From the NCBI GenBank assembly GCA_016703025.1, contig JADJCV010000003.1, positions 175,635-239,634 on the forward strand: a stretch of DNA of 64,000 nt, given 5' to 3'. The DNA is from Candidatus Avedoeria danica. Its GTDB lineage: Bacteria; Chloroflexota; Anaerolineae; Epilineales; Epilineaceae. Shown piece by piece: positions 8,202 to 17,693 of this stretch. The notes under the pieces are model-generated. The model was given only the letters and a program-made list of their open reading frames with translations. It made no database searches and had not been told where the DNA came from. The number at the start of each line of letters is the position of its first letter. Within the stretch, counting starts at the first letter, position 1. The translations under genes were made by a program, and so were the position numbers.

Positions 8202-8654
8202 ATGGCCGATAAGCAGGCGGCGGTGACCTATCTGGCCGACGGCGTGTTCGTGGCCGAGATGAACGGGCAGCACGTCTTCATCGACAACGGCGGCGGGCAC
8301 GGCGCGGACGGCCGGGCGTCCTACGCCGCCGGGCCGATGGACCTCATGCTGGCCGCCATCGCCGGGTGCACGGCCATCGACGTCGTCGACATCCTGAAGA
8401 AGGCGCGCCAGCCGTTCACGAAGCTGACGGTCCACGCCAGCGGCGAGCGCGCCGCCGACCACCCGCGGCGCTACACGTCCGTCACGCTGACGTACGAGGT
8501 CCACGGCGACGTCGATCCGAAGGTCGTCGATCGCGCGGTGCATCTGTCGGACGAGAAGTACTGCTCGGTCTCGGCGACGTTCAAGCTGCCGTGCGAAGTG
8601 AAGACCGTCGTGCGGATCGTGGCGGACGACGGCGGCGAGGGTGCGGCGGGCTGA
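8202..8654 (+). CDS. OsmC/Ohr-family peroxiredoxin-like protein
   Basis: GPMDLMLAAIAGCTAIDVVDILKK...YTSVTLTYEVHG...AVHLSDEKYCSVSATF, with both conserved Cys present. Confidence 0.9.
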   Translation: MADKQAAVTYLADGVFVAEMNGQHVFIDNGGGHGADGRASYAAGPMDLMLAAIAGCTAIDVVDILKKARQPFTKLTVHASGERAADHPRRYTSVTLTYEVHGDVDPKVVDRAVHLSDEKYCSVSATFKLPCEVKTVVRIVADDGGEGAAG

Positions 8655-8716
8655 TCGCCGGCTGGAGGGGCGCTACCCCGTGACGACGATCGCCGACGCC
8701 AACCCGGTCAGCCCGC

Positions 8717-11380
8717 TCACGGCGTGACGACGACGAGCTGGGCGGCGAACGTGCCGCTCGAGAACTCGCGCGCCGCGTAGGCCGTCACGGAGGCGTTGGC
8801 GCCGGTCAACGCGAACGTGACCTGGCCGTTGCCGGTCACGGCGCTGGTGACGTTCACGCTCACCCACTCGTTCGCGTTGAAGCCGCCCGAGCCGACGATC
8901 GCGCCGCCGAAGCCCGGGGCGTTGTTGAACGTGATCGTCGTCTCACCCCAGGCGCTGCTGTTGGCGGCGTGGACGTTGAAGCCGGAACTCGAGGCTGTCA
9001 GCGACCGCACGCGGAGCACCGCGGACGTGACGCTGTTCGACAGCCCCTGCACGTTGAACCGCACGTAGCTGTTCTCCGCCGGCGATGCGTTCGTCCGCAG
9101 CCGGATGTCCGTGCCGTAGTTGCCGCCGGGGTTCGCGCTCAGGACGAAAGCGTCCGCCTCGGTCGTGAAGACGAACGTCGACGGCGTCGCCGTCGCGGTT
9201 GGGCTGGACGTCGCGGTCGGGCTCGGCGTGAACGTCGGCGTGCTGGTGCGGGTGTTCGTGGCCGTGGCGGTCGGGACCGGCGTGGCGGTGAGCGTGGCGG
9301 TGGGCGACGGCGACGGGGTGAACGTGGCCGTCGGGATCGGCGTGACCGTCGGGGTCGAGGTGACGGTCGGCGTCGCGGTGGACGTCCGGGTGGCGCTGGC
9401 GGTCGGCGACGGGGTGGCCGTCGGCGGGGTCGTCGGCGTCGCGGTCGAGGTGCGCGTGGCGCTGGCGGTGGGGGAGGGCGTGATCGTGGGCGGCGTCGTC
9501 GGCGTCGCGGTCGAAGTGCGGGTGGGGCTGGGGGAGGGCGACGGGGTGGCGGTCGTGCTCGGTGCCGTCGTCGGGGTGGCCGAGGCGGCGCTGGTGGGCG
9601 TGCTCGTCGGGCTGGCGCCGGTGTACGTGATCCGCAGCTCGGGCTTGAAGTTCGCCTGCTCGCGCGGGAGGAGGAAGATCGGGTTCGGATCGGTCGAAGT
9701 GACCGCCAGGCTGACGAGTCCGCCGGCGGCGACGGCCGACGTGACGTTGGCGAGCGTCCAGCTGTTGGCCGTGATCGCGCCGGACGATCCGGCGACGCCG
9801 CCGGCGGCCGGCGCGCTGTTGAACGTGACCGTTGTCTCGCCCCAGCTGTTGTCCGCCACGCCGCGGGCGTCGTAGCCGGCGGACGAGCCGCTCATGCTGT
9901 AGAGCCGCAGCTCGGCGAGGATGATGTTCCCGTTCACCCCGCTCGCGTCGAACCGGAGGTAGCCGTTGCGCACCGTGCCGCTGTTCGTCAGGAGCTTGGG
10001 CAGGAGGCCGAAGTTCGTGTTCGGCGACCCCGCGTCGACGTAGGCGTCGGCGACCGGGTTCAGGATGACGGTGATCGGCGTCGGCGTCGGGCTCGGGGTC
10101 GGTGACGGGGTGATCGTCGGGGTGGCGGTGTTGCCCGAGCCGGCGACGGCGGTGGCCACGGCGTCGTCCGCGTTCACCCGGCCCCAGCCGTAGAAGTTGT
10201 CGAAGCCGGACGAGCCGAGGTCGACGGCGCTGCCTTGGAGGATGCCCCACATCTCGTTGTGCGTCAGCGTCGGGTCGACCGCCAGCAGGAGGGCGGCGAC
10301 GGCGGCGACGTGCGGCGAGGCCATGCTCGTCCCGCTGGCGTTCGCGTAGTTCGCCGAGCAGCACCATGCGCTCTGGATCGACGAGCCGGGGGCGACCATC
10401 TCCAGCCAGCTGCCGTAGTTGGAGTACGACGCGCGCACGTCGCTCGACGTCGTGGCGCCGATCGCCATCACGTTGCTGTAGGCGGCCGGGTAGAACATGT
10501 TCGAGCTGCCGCTGTTGCCCGATGCCGCGACCTCGAGCACGCCCTGGCCGAAGGCGTAATCCACCGCGTTGTGCAGCGTCTGGCTGTTCGTCGATCCGCC
10601 GAGGCTCATGTTGATGATGTCGGCGCCGTTGTCCGCGGCAGCCGTGATCCCGGAAGCGATCCAGCTGTACTGGCCCGAGCCGCCGCTGTCCAGCACTTTG
10701 ATCGCCATGAGCTTCGTCTGGCGCCCGATCGAGGCGACGCCGAGGTTGTTGTCCGTGTTCGCCCCGATGATCCCGCCGACGTGCGTGCCGTGCCCGTTGT
10801 CGTCGTCCGGGTTGCTGTCGCCGTTCGCGAAGTCGTGGCCGTAGGAAGTGAACTTGCCGTTGAAGTCCTCGTGCTGGAGATCGACGCCGGTGTCGATGAC
10901 CGCGACGACGACGTTCGCCGAGCCCGTCGTGACATCCCAGGCTTCCTCGGCGCCGATCTTGTCCGGCGCCCACTGGTTGCCGTACAGCGTGTCGTCCGGC
11001 ACGTCGACGGCGTGTGCCAGGCCGTCCGGCTCGACGTAGCGCACGCCGGGCGTCTTGAGGAGGGCGGTCTCGGTGGCGGGCGCGAGCGTCCCGTCCGGCG
11101 CGGCCACGGACAATACGTGGAGCTGCGGGATCCAGAGATCGTCCACCAGCGCGTTGGCCGCCGCAATGCCGCGCGCCTGGGCCTCGGCGACGTCCGGCGT
11201 GAAGCCGATCAGGTAGCGGCCGAAGGCCACCGCATCGTCCTGCCGCGTGCCCGCCGCGGCGGCCTGCGCCACCGGCTGCGGCGTCCGGACGGATGCGACG
11301 ATCGTCGCTCCGAGGACGGCGGCGAGGACGAATAGGGGTGCGAGCGTGCGCTTCGAGGACATCCTTCGAGCTCCTGTCAC
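8717..11380 (-). CDS. Secreted S8 (subtilisin) peptidase with two C-terminal DNRLRE-like modules separated by a Thr/Pro/Ser linker
   Basis: Signal peptide, then the catalytic triad contexts [18 protein letters not shown] and [17 protein letters not shown] module of the form [18 protein letters not shown]...YLRFD...AELRLYS...[12 protein letters not shown] occurs twice. The linker contains three copies of a periodic unit of about 23 aa ([21 protein letters not shown]). Confidence 0.9.
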   Translation of the reverse strand: MTGARRMSSKRTLAPLFVLAAVLGATIVASVRTPQPVAQAAAAGTRQDDAVAFGRYLIGFTPDVAEAQARGIAAANALVDDLWIPQLHVLSVAAPDGTLAPATETALLKTPGVRYVEPDGLAHAVDVPDDTLYGNQWAPDKIGAEEAWDVTTGSANVVVAVIDTGVDLQHEDFNGKFTSYGHDFANGDSNPDDDNGHGTHVGGIIGANTDNNLGVASIGRQTKLMAIKVLDSGGSGQYSWIASGITAAADNGADIINMSLGGSTNSQTLHNAVDYAFGQGVLEVAASGNSGSSNMFYPAAYSNVMAIGATTSSDVRASYSNYGSWLEMVAPGSSIQSAWCCSANYANASGTSMASPHVAAVAALLLAVDPTLTHNEMWGILQGSAVDLGSSGFDNFYGWGRVNADDAVATAVAGSGNTATPTITPSPTPSPTPTPITVILNPVADAYVDAGSPNTNFGLLPKLLTNSGTVRNGYLRFDASGVNGNIILAELRLYSMSGSSAGYDARGVADNSWGETTVTFNSAPAAGGVAGSSGAITANSWTLANVTSAVAAGGLVSLAVTSTDPNPIFLLPREQANFKPELRITYTGASPTSTPTSAASATPTTAPSTTATPSPSPSPTRTSTATPTTPPTITPSPTASATRTSTATPTTPPTATPSPTASATRTSTATPTVTSTPTVTPIPTATFTPSPSPTATLTATPVPTATATNTRTSTPTFTPSPTATSSPTATATPSTFVFTTEADAFVLSANPGGNYGTDIRLRTNASPAENSYVRFNVQGLSNSVTSAVLRVRSLTASSSGFNVHAANSSAWGETTITFNNAPGFGGAIVGSGGFNANEWVSVNVTSAVTGNGQVTFALTGANASVTAYAAREFSSGTFAAQLVVVTP

Positions 11381-11497
11381 GGCCGATTGGGACCGAACGC
11401 CTCCGCCACCGGGCCACGAGTTTTGGCCGGCGCAGCGCCGGATGATACACGCGGCGCGCGATTCGCGCGCCCGATCGACCCGCTCCGGCGCACGCCC

Positions 11498-12364
11498 CTA
11501 CCGCAGCACCACCCAGACGTCGTACAACGCATGCGTCCACGCCGTCACCCCGAACCCGCGCACCGCGAACAGCGCGCTGAACGCCAACCCCGCCATGAAG
11601 CGGTAGGCGAACGACGTCAACAGGAGCGTCTCGCCCGCCGGGTTGAACGGCCGATAGTGCGCCGCGCTGAACAACACCGCGCCCGTCACCACCGCCACCG
11701 CCAGCGCCCCTCGCGCCGACGTCTTCCCCGATGCCCGCACCGCCCACGCGATGGCCGTCACGAGGATCACGCGGAACACGAGTTCCTCGTACAGCCCCGC
11801 GCCGAGGCTCAGAGCGATCTGCGCGAGCGGCCCGTTCGACGGCTGCGCGGTCATCGCCAGCGGGGGGAAGCCGATCGTCGGGATCGCCAGCGATGGACCG
11901 GGCAGCGGCGCCAGCACGATCGACGTCGCCGTCCGGACCACCGGCCCGATGAGGATCGCCAGCACCGCGCTCTCGGCCGCCATCCTGCCGAACACCCGCC
12001 GATCGAGCGGCACCGGCGCCCGCCGCTGCTCGCGGACCACGAACAGCACGCCGAGCACCGCCAGCACCGCCGTCAGGCCGAGCGCCGTCGGCGCACCGAC
12101 GGCCGCCAGCGCTCGGCCGAGCAGCACCTCGGCGCCGTTCCGGACCGACACGCGCTGGCCGCGATTGACGAACGCGATGAGGACGTCGTACAGCAGCAGG
12201 AGCGGCAGCGCGGCCAGCACGCCGTACGTCGGCGTCTTCGAAAGCGCCAGATAGCGCCGCGTGTCGAGCGGCGCACCGGACGCCTCCCGTGAGGACGTCC
12301 CACCGAGACCGCCGAGCCCCAACTCGGCCCCGTCCGCCCGCCCCATCCGCCTACCCCGCGCCAC
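11498..12364 (-). CDS. CPBP-family (CAAX/Abi) intramembrane glutamic endopeptidase
   Basis: Multi-TM protein with the motifs LYEELVFR (EExxxR), FSAAHY (FxxxH) and WTHALYD. Confidence 0.85.
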   Translation of the reverse strand: MARGRRMGRADGAELGLGGLGGTSSREASGAPLDTRRYLALSKTPTYGVLAALPLLLLYDVLIAFVNRGQRVSVRNGAEVLLGRALAAVGAPTALGLTAVLAVLGVLFVVREQRRAPVPLDRRVFGRMAAESAVLAILIGPVVRTATSIVLAPLPGPSLAIPTIGFPPLAMTAQPSNGPLAQIALSLGAGLYEELVFRVILVTAIAWAVRASGKTSARGALAVAVVTGAVLFSAAHYRPFNPAGETLLLTSFAYRFMAGLAFSALFAVRGFGVTAWTHALYDVWVVLR

Positions 12365-12391
12365 GATCGCCTGCCCCCGGGTCAGCGTCCG

Positions 12392-15300
12392 CTACGGGCA
12401 CGGGATCGCCTCGGCGATCGTCCGGTAGATCCCCTCGAGCTGGTTCGGCCCCGGCGCAAAGAAGTAGCGCCGGGGATCGCCGACAATGCCCCTCAGGAGC
12501 GCCGTGTCCACGCCATCGCCCAAGCCGACGGCGAAGAGCAGCGCCGGCACGGCGCGCAGTTGGGCGGCCGCGTTGTCGACGACCGTCGTCGGGCCGCTCT
12601 GGCGGCCGTCGGACAGCAGGACCGCCGCCGCGCGGTGGCCGACGGTGTGGCGCGGGCTGCGCAGCTCGCGCTCCGCCGCCTGCAGCGCGCGGTCGATCCG
12701 CGTCCCGCTGCCGCTCCTCAGGCCCGTGATCGCGCGCTCGAGCGCCGCCTTGTCGCTCGTGAGCTGCGCCGCCACGCGCGCCTCGCCGTCGAAGCCGATG
12801 ACGGCCGCCTTGTCGCCCGTGTCGAGCGAGAGCTCGCCGACGAAAACCGTGGCGGCGCGCAGCGCCTGCGACAGCTTGGCGCCGGTCATGCTGTCGGAAA
12901 TGTCGATGAGCAGCACGACGTCGACGCCCGCGGCGACCGGCTTGCAGAAGTTGCGGTAGGCCAGCGGCAGGTAGGCCGGCTGGGGCACGGGCGTCGCCGT
13001 CGGCGCGGGCGTCAGCGTCGGCGTCGGGGACGGCGTCGGCGGGACGACGCACACCGTCGGGACCGGGAACGTGAAGATCCGGCGGGCGCCGTCGGCGTCC
13101 GTGTACTCGGCCTGCGCCTGGTCGTTCGTCGGCATGCAACCGCGGCCGATCGGGCGGACGAGGTAGGTCAGCGTGATCCCGTTGGCCGGGAGGATCGATC
13201 GCCCCCACTCCAGCCGGTCACCCAGCGGCCGCGCCGGCGGCGAGACCGAGCCGTCGACGAGCGACACGCGCTTGGAGAGCGTGTCCGTGAGGATCACGTT
13301 GCCCGCCAAGCTCTCGACGACGACGCGCAGCACTTGGCGGTAGATCGGGAAGAGGTCGCTCGGGGTCGGCGCCGTATACACACGATCGGGCGCGCCGGCG
13401 ATGCCGTTCAGCGACGCCACGTCGATGCTCGGCCCGAGGCCGATCGTGAAGATCTGGACACCCTTGGCCCGCAGCCCGACCGCCGCCTGCACCGGGTCGG
13501 GCATGTCCGGGTTCTGCCGCCCGTCCGTGAGCAGGACGATCACCGGCAGCGCCTCGACCCGTCCGAAGCGCGTCAGGTTGTCGCCGGCCCGCTCGAGGCC
13601 GGCGGCGATGTTCGTCCCGCCGTCGGGTGTGAGCGCCTGGAGGTGGTCGATGATCGTCGCCACGTCGTCCGTCAGCCCGTAGTCCATCGTCGCCTCGCCG
13701 GCGAACGACGTCAGGCCGAGGCGGTGGTGGCGCACGTCGAGCAGCTCGGCGAAGGCGCGGGCCGCGCCGCGGGCCGCCTCCAGCGGCGCGCCGCGCATGG
13801 ACGCCGAGCGGTCGATGACGAGGACGATGTCCGCCCCGATGAGCCGGGTGCGGTCCGGGCAGCGGGCGCGCAGGCTGAGCGTGACGCGGGCCGCGTCGCC
13901 CTCGACGATCGTCGAAGGCGACGCGTGCTTGTCGCCCGTAACCTCGCAGCTCGCCGCGGCCGGCGTCGGCGTCGGCGTCGGGGCCTCGGGGGTGCGCGGG
14001 ATGCCGTAGCCGGCGCTGAAGACGTGGATCGTCCGGCGCGCGGCATCGGCCAGGTAGACGAGGTCCAGCGCGCCCGCGATGTCCGACGGGAAGAGCGGCG
14101 TTTCGTTCTCGAGGACGGGGCGGAAGCGTGCGAGCAGGTTGGCGGCATTCGGATCGTGCAGCTCGACCCAGCCGTCGGCCATCACCGCCGCCAGCGCGTC
14201 GAGCTTGAGCATCCCATCGCCGCTGACCTGCGCCGGCGCGATCCGGCGTGGCCCGGCGAGCAGGCCGGCCGGGAACGTGGTGGCGGGCAGCGGCGGCGGC
14301 GGGAACGCCTGGATCTGGGTCTCGATGAGATCGGTCGCGTACACGAAGCCGCTCTGCCACGTCAAGTCGTACGGCCAGAGCGCGGTGCCGGCTTGGGCGT
14401 AGTGGCGCTCGACCGCGCCAGACAGCGCGTTCAGCACCCGGATCCGCCGTTCGCGCGGCTGGCTGACGAACACCGACCCACCGCCCGTGGCGATCCGACC
14501 GCCGAGGTGGCAGCCGCACGGCACGCGCCAGCGCGGGCCTGGCCCGCCCGGATCGAGCCGCATGACCTCGTCGCCGGTCGTCGTCACGAACAGGTCCTCG
14601 GCCCCGCCCGGCCCGACCGCCAGGTCGAGCGCGTCCGGCGGCGCATCGGCCACGAAGCGGACGGCACCGTCGGGCGCGTAGGCCAGCACCCGGGCGTCGC
14701 GGCGGTCGAGGGCGAAGATCTCACCGTCCGGCGCGGGTGCGAGGACGAGATCCTCGTCGGCATGGTACGGCGTCGGCGCCGGACGCCACGTGGATGTGAT
14801 CGGCGCACCCACGAGCAGCGGCGGCTGGAACGAGCCCGGTCGATGGACCGTCGTCGTGAAGTGCTCGTCGCCCGACGTGAGCGCGAAGTGGTCGTTGGCC
14901 GGCGTGTCGAGGCTCCACGGCCAAGGCGTGGCCGGCAGCGGCGGCGCGCCGAGGGCGGCGGCGGCGTGTGCCTGCAGGATGATGCCGGTCGGCGCAAGGC
15001 TCAGCACGAGCGGCTGGCCGGGGTCGACGCTGTCCCGAGAGCGAACGAGGACGTGCAGGCTGCCGTCCTGGCCGACGGACAGCGCGGCCGGCGCCTCGTC
15101 CAACACCGTGAGGATGCCGTCCGGCGTTCCGTCCGCCTTGTACGCCGCAATCGCCTTGTCCGCCGGGCGTGCGATGAGGACGCGGTTGTCGCCGAGCACT
15201 GCCAGCCGCGTGGCCGCTCGATCGAACGGCGGCAGCGTGAAGCGCTGGTCGATCGTGCCGTTCGTCCGGATCCGGAAGACCTCGCCGTTGCCCAGGACGT

Positions 15301-15949
15301 ACAGGCTGCCGCTCGGCCGGTGGAGCGCCGCATCGCGCACGTCGATCAGGGCGGGGTCGTTGCCGAGCCAGATCGGTTGGCGGAGGTAGTCCGTGTCACC
15401 GGCGCCCGCCGCGTCCAGGCGGCGCGTGTCCAGCACGATGCCGTCGGCCGTGAACGCGGGGTCGAGGGCGTGGCGTCGCCACAGGATGTGCACCTGGCCC
15501 CGCTCGCCGTCGGCCACGACCGCGACGGGCACGAACGCCAGCGTCGGGTCGGGGGCCAGGAGGGACGGGCGGTCGAGGGCTTCGATCAGCGTCCCGCGGG
15601 CATCGTAGTGGAACACGGCGTTGTCGCGGCCGTCGGCGGCGTAGAGATGGCCGGCGGGCGAGAGCGCGACGTCGATCGGCAGGCGCGGCGCAACCGGGAT
15701 CGGCCAGCTGTCGACGCGGACGTAGCCGCCGTCGGACGCCGCGCGCCGCGCCGGCGCCGCCCGGCCGCCGCCTTCGGGCAGCGCGGCCGCGAGCACGAGG
15801 GCGACGCTGCCGGCCGCGGCGAACGCCAATGTGCGCTGCCACGGTCGCCGCGGCGTCGGCCGAGCGCGCGACACCGGGGCGGCGGGGGGCGTGTTCGGCC
15901 CGTCGGGCGCGGCGGCTGGGGTCATGGACGTCCGTCTCTCGAGGCGCAT
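12392..15949 (-). CDS. Large secreted protein: NHL-like beta-propeller repeats plus two VWA domains
   Basis: Signal/TM at the N-terminus. Propeller-like repeats are present (GHLYAADGRDNAVFHYDARG, GSLYVLGNGEVFRIRTNG). The first VWA domain is DIVLVIDRSASMRG...GGTNIAAGL...VIVLLTDGRQN. The second is VDVVLLIDISDSMTG...GTRIDRAL...AAVLLSDGRQSG. Confidence 0.85.
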   Translation of the reverse strand: MRLERRTSMTPAAAPDGPNTPPAAPVSRARPTPRRPWQRTLAFAAAGSVALVLAAALPEGGGRAAPARRAASDGGYVRVDSWPIPVAPRLPIDVALSPAGHLYAADGRDNAVFHYDARGTLIEALDRPSLLAPDPTLAFVPVAVVADGERGQVHILWRRHALDPAFTADGIVLDTRRLDAAGAGDTDYLRQPIWLGNDPALIDVRDAALHRPSGSLYVLGNGEVFRIRTNGTIDQRFTLPPFDRAATRLAVLGDNRVLIARPADKAIAAYKADGTPDGILTVLDEAPAALSVGQDGSLHVLVRSRDSVDPGQPLVLSLAPTGIILQAHAAAALGAPPLPATPWPWSLDTPANDHFALTSGDEHFTTTVHRPGSFQPPLLVGAPITSTWRPAPTPYHADEDLVLAPAPDGEIFALDRRDARVLAYAPDGAVRFVADAPPDALDLAVGPGGAEDLFVTTTGDEVMRLDPGGPGPRWRVPCGCHLGGRIATGGGSVFVSQPRERRIRVLNALSGAVERHYAQAGTALWPYDLTWQSGFVYATDLIETQIQAFPPPPLPATTFPAGLLAGPRRIAPAQVSGDGMLKLDALAAVMADGWVELHDPNAANLLARFRPVLENETPLFPSDIAGALDLVYLADAARRTIHVFSAGYGIPRTPEAPTPTPTPAAASCEVTGDKHASPSTIVEGDAARVTLSLRARCPDRTRLIGADIVLVIDRSASMRGAPLEAARGAARAFAELLDVRHHRLGLTSFAGEATMDYGLTDDVATIIDHLQALTPDGGTNIAAGLERAGDNLTRFGRVEALPVIVLLTDGRQNPDMPDPVQAAVGLRAKGVQIFTIGLGPSIDVASLNGIAGAPDRVYTAPTPSDLFPIYRQVLRVVVESLAGNVILTDTLSKRVSLVDGSVSPPARPLGDRLEWGRSILPANGITLTYLVRPIGRGCMPTNDQAQAEYTDADGARRIFTFPVPTVCVVPPTPSPTPTLTPAPTATPVPQPAYLPLAYRNFCKPVAAGVDVVLLIDISDSMTGAKLSQALRAATVFVGELSLDTGDKAAVIGFDGEARVAAQLTSDKAALERAITGLRSGSGTRIDRALQAAERELRSPRHTVGHRAAAVLLSDGRQSGPTTVVDNAAAQLRAVPALLFAVGLGDGVDTALLRGIVGDPRRYFFAPGPNQLEGIYRTIAEAIPCP

Positions 15950-16012
15950 GAACGGACAGGCGCGGCGTCGTGCGGGCCGATGGCCCGGTCGGAAGCCGCG
16001 GTCAGGTTAGCT

Positions 16013-16041
16013 TATCATAAAGGACGCGGCAAGCAAGCCCA
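16013..16041 (-). promoter_or_regulatory. Candidate sigma-70 promoter (TTGGGC-N17-TATGAT) for the 12392..15949 gene
   Basis: The minus strand reads TTGGGCttgcttgccgcgtccttTATGAT, about 60 nt upstream of the start at 15949. Confidence 0.3.
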
Positions 16042-16070
16042 AGATATGGGCAATCGGTCTGGAAGCGCGG

Positions 16071-17352
16071 CTAATACGAGTGCACGCGCGAAAACGTCCG
16101 CCCCAACCGCGGCATGAACGCCACGAACGGTCCCCAGCCGGCGACGACGATCGTCGGGTTGTTCAGCCGATAGAGGCCGAAGCCGCCGCGCGTGTCGTGG
16201 ACGATCGCCACGGCGCTGTACTCGCCGGACTGGCGCAGCGTGAACGTGCCGTGCTCCATTTGGGACAGCACGTGGTACGTCAGCGTGACGGTCTTCGACA
16301 TCGGCTGGGTCAACGTCCACTGCAGCGCGGTGCTCTCGCGGTCGTGCGGGATCGGCGGGTCGAACGAGCCGGGCACGACGGACCAGACGCGGCCGTCCGT
16401 CGGCTGCCCGAAGCGGTTCGCGCCGCGGTTGAGGCTCTCGCGGACGTCGAGCCGCCAGACGCGCGCCTCCGTGGCCCAGGCGCGGCCGACGAGCTCGTCG
16501 ACGGCCTCGTGCCACGCGACGACGGCCTCGCCTCGGCCGGCGGCGGCGCGAGCGGCGTCGCCCAGGCACGTCGTGGCGCACCCGTCGCCGGCGCACGCCA
16601 GCCGGACCTCGATGCCCGCCGCCGCCGCTTCGGCCAGCGGGGGGGCGACGTCCGCGCAGAGCGCCGCGCGCTCCGCCGCTCCGTCCGGCAACGTGGTCGC
16701 GCCGGCGACGAGGACGAGGATGTCACGCGCGGCGCGCACCGGGTTGTCGGGTGAGGGCGGATCGTCGTCGCGCGCGCACGAGCCGGATGTGGGCCTGGCG
16801 GATCGCCTCGGACAGCGTCGGCGCCGAATCGGGCTGCTGCGGGTCGGGCACGTCGACCCCTTCGCCGCTCAGGCAGAGCGCCACCTCTTCGGGGTCATTG
16901 ATCACGCCGCACATCGTCCGCGCCCCCGGACCGAAGTCGATGCGCCCGATGCGCGCGTACGCGTTCGACGTGATCACCAGGCGGGCGGACAACGACGCGA
17001 GGCCCTGGCGCACGCCGGCGTCCGAGGCGACGAGCGCGGCGTCGGTGACGAGCACGGTGTGGGCCGGTTCGATCGGTGCCGGGCAGCTGAAGCTCAGGAA
17101 CGTGCTCACGATCGCCTTCTCGGCGCGCCGGATGCGCGCCGGGGCCGCTTCCGTGCGGTTCGTCCGCTCGGGGTGGCAGAGGCTCGGCTGATCGCTCTGC
17201 GCCCGGACGACGGGCGCCGGCACAAAGGGCAGGCCGACGAAGGGCATCGCGGCGAGGACCGCCAGCGCGCCGGCGAGCGCGGCGAGAGCGCGCGGCACCA
17301 AGCGGGTCTGCCACGCAGTCCTTCGATCCGCTGACGGCGCGTGCGACGCCAT
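16071..17352 (-). pseudogene. VWA-like secreted protein split into two overlapping ORFs (frameshift or sequencing error near 16725-16760)
   Basis: ORF 16723..17352 has a signal peptide followed by HTVLVTDAALVASD...APTLSEAIRQAHIRLVRARRR. ORF 16071..16739 reads RAARDILVLVAGATTLPDG...AAAAGIEVRLACAGDG. Together they read as one VWA-like fold. The downstream frame stays open upstream of its GTG as ...ARDDDPPSPDNPVRAARDILVLV, across a (CG)n-rich stretch. Confidence 0.5.
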
Positions 17353-17613
17353 CCCCTCGGGCCTTTCTCGGGCATCGAACTCGCATCAGTGCCCGTTGCA
17401 CGACGGCCTCATCGAACCGGCTGGCGCTGGTGCCGGCGACGCCCCGACCGCATCGGCCATGGAGGCGGCGACGCGGTGACCGTCAGGGACGTCAGCATGT
17501 GGGGAGCTTCCGACCCAGTCTAACGAGTCGCTCGGCCCGCGTCAAGGGCTCTCTCCGCACGCAACTCTTAACGGCTGTTGTCGGGCACGGAGGGCCGGGC
17601 GGCGGATTGACTA

Positions 17614-17642
17614 GTGACAATAGCATTAAGGCATGGTACACT
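17614..17642 (+). promoter_or_regulatory. Candidate sigma-70 promoter (GTGACA-N17-TACACT with a TG extension)
   Basis: Lies in a locally AT-richer stretch, about 50 nt upstream of the ATG at 17694. Confidence 0.35.
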
Positions 17643-17693
17643 TGCCGACGATGAGCGCTGGGGCGCGGCCCCAGCATGGCCAGGAGGCAAGCG

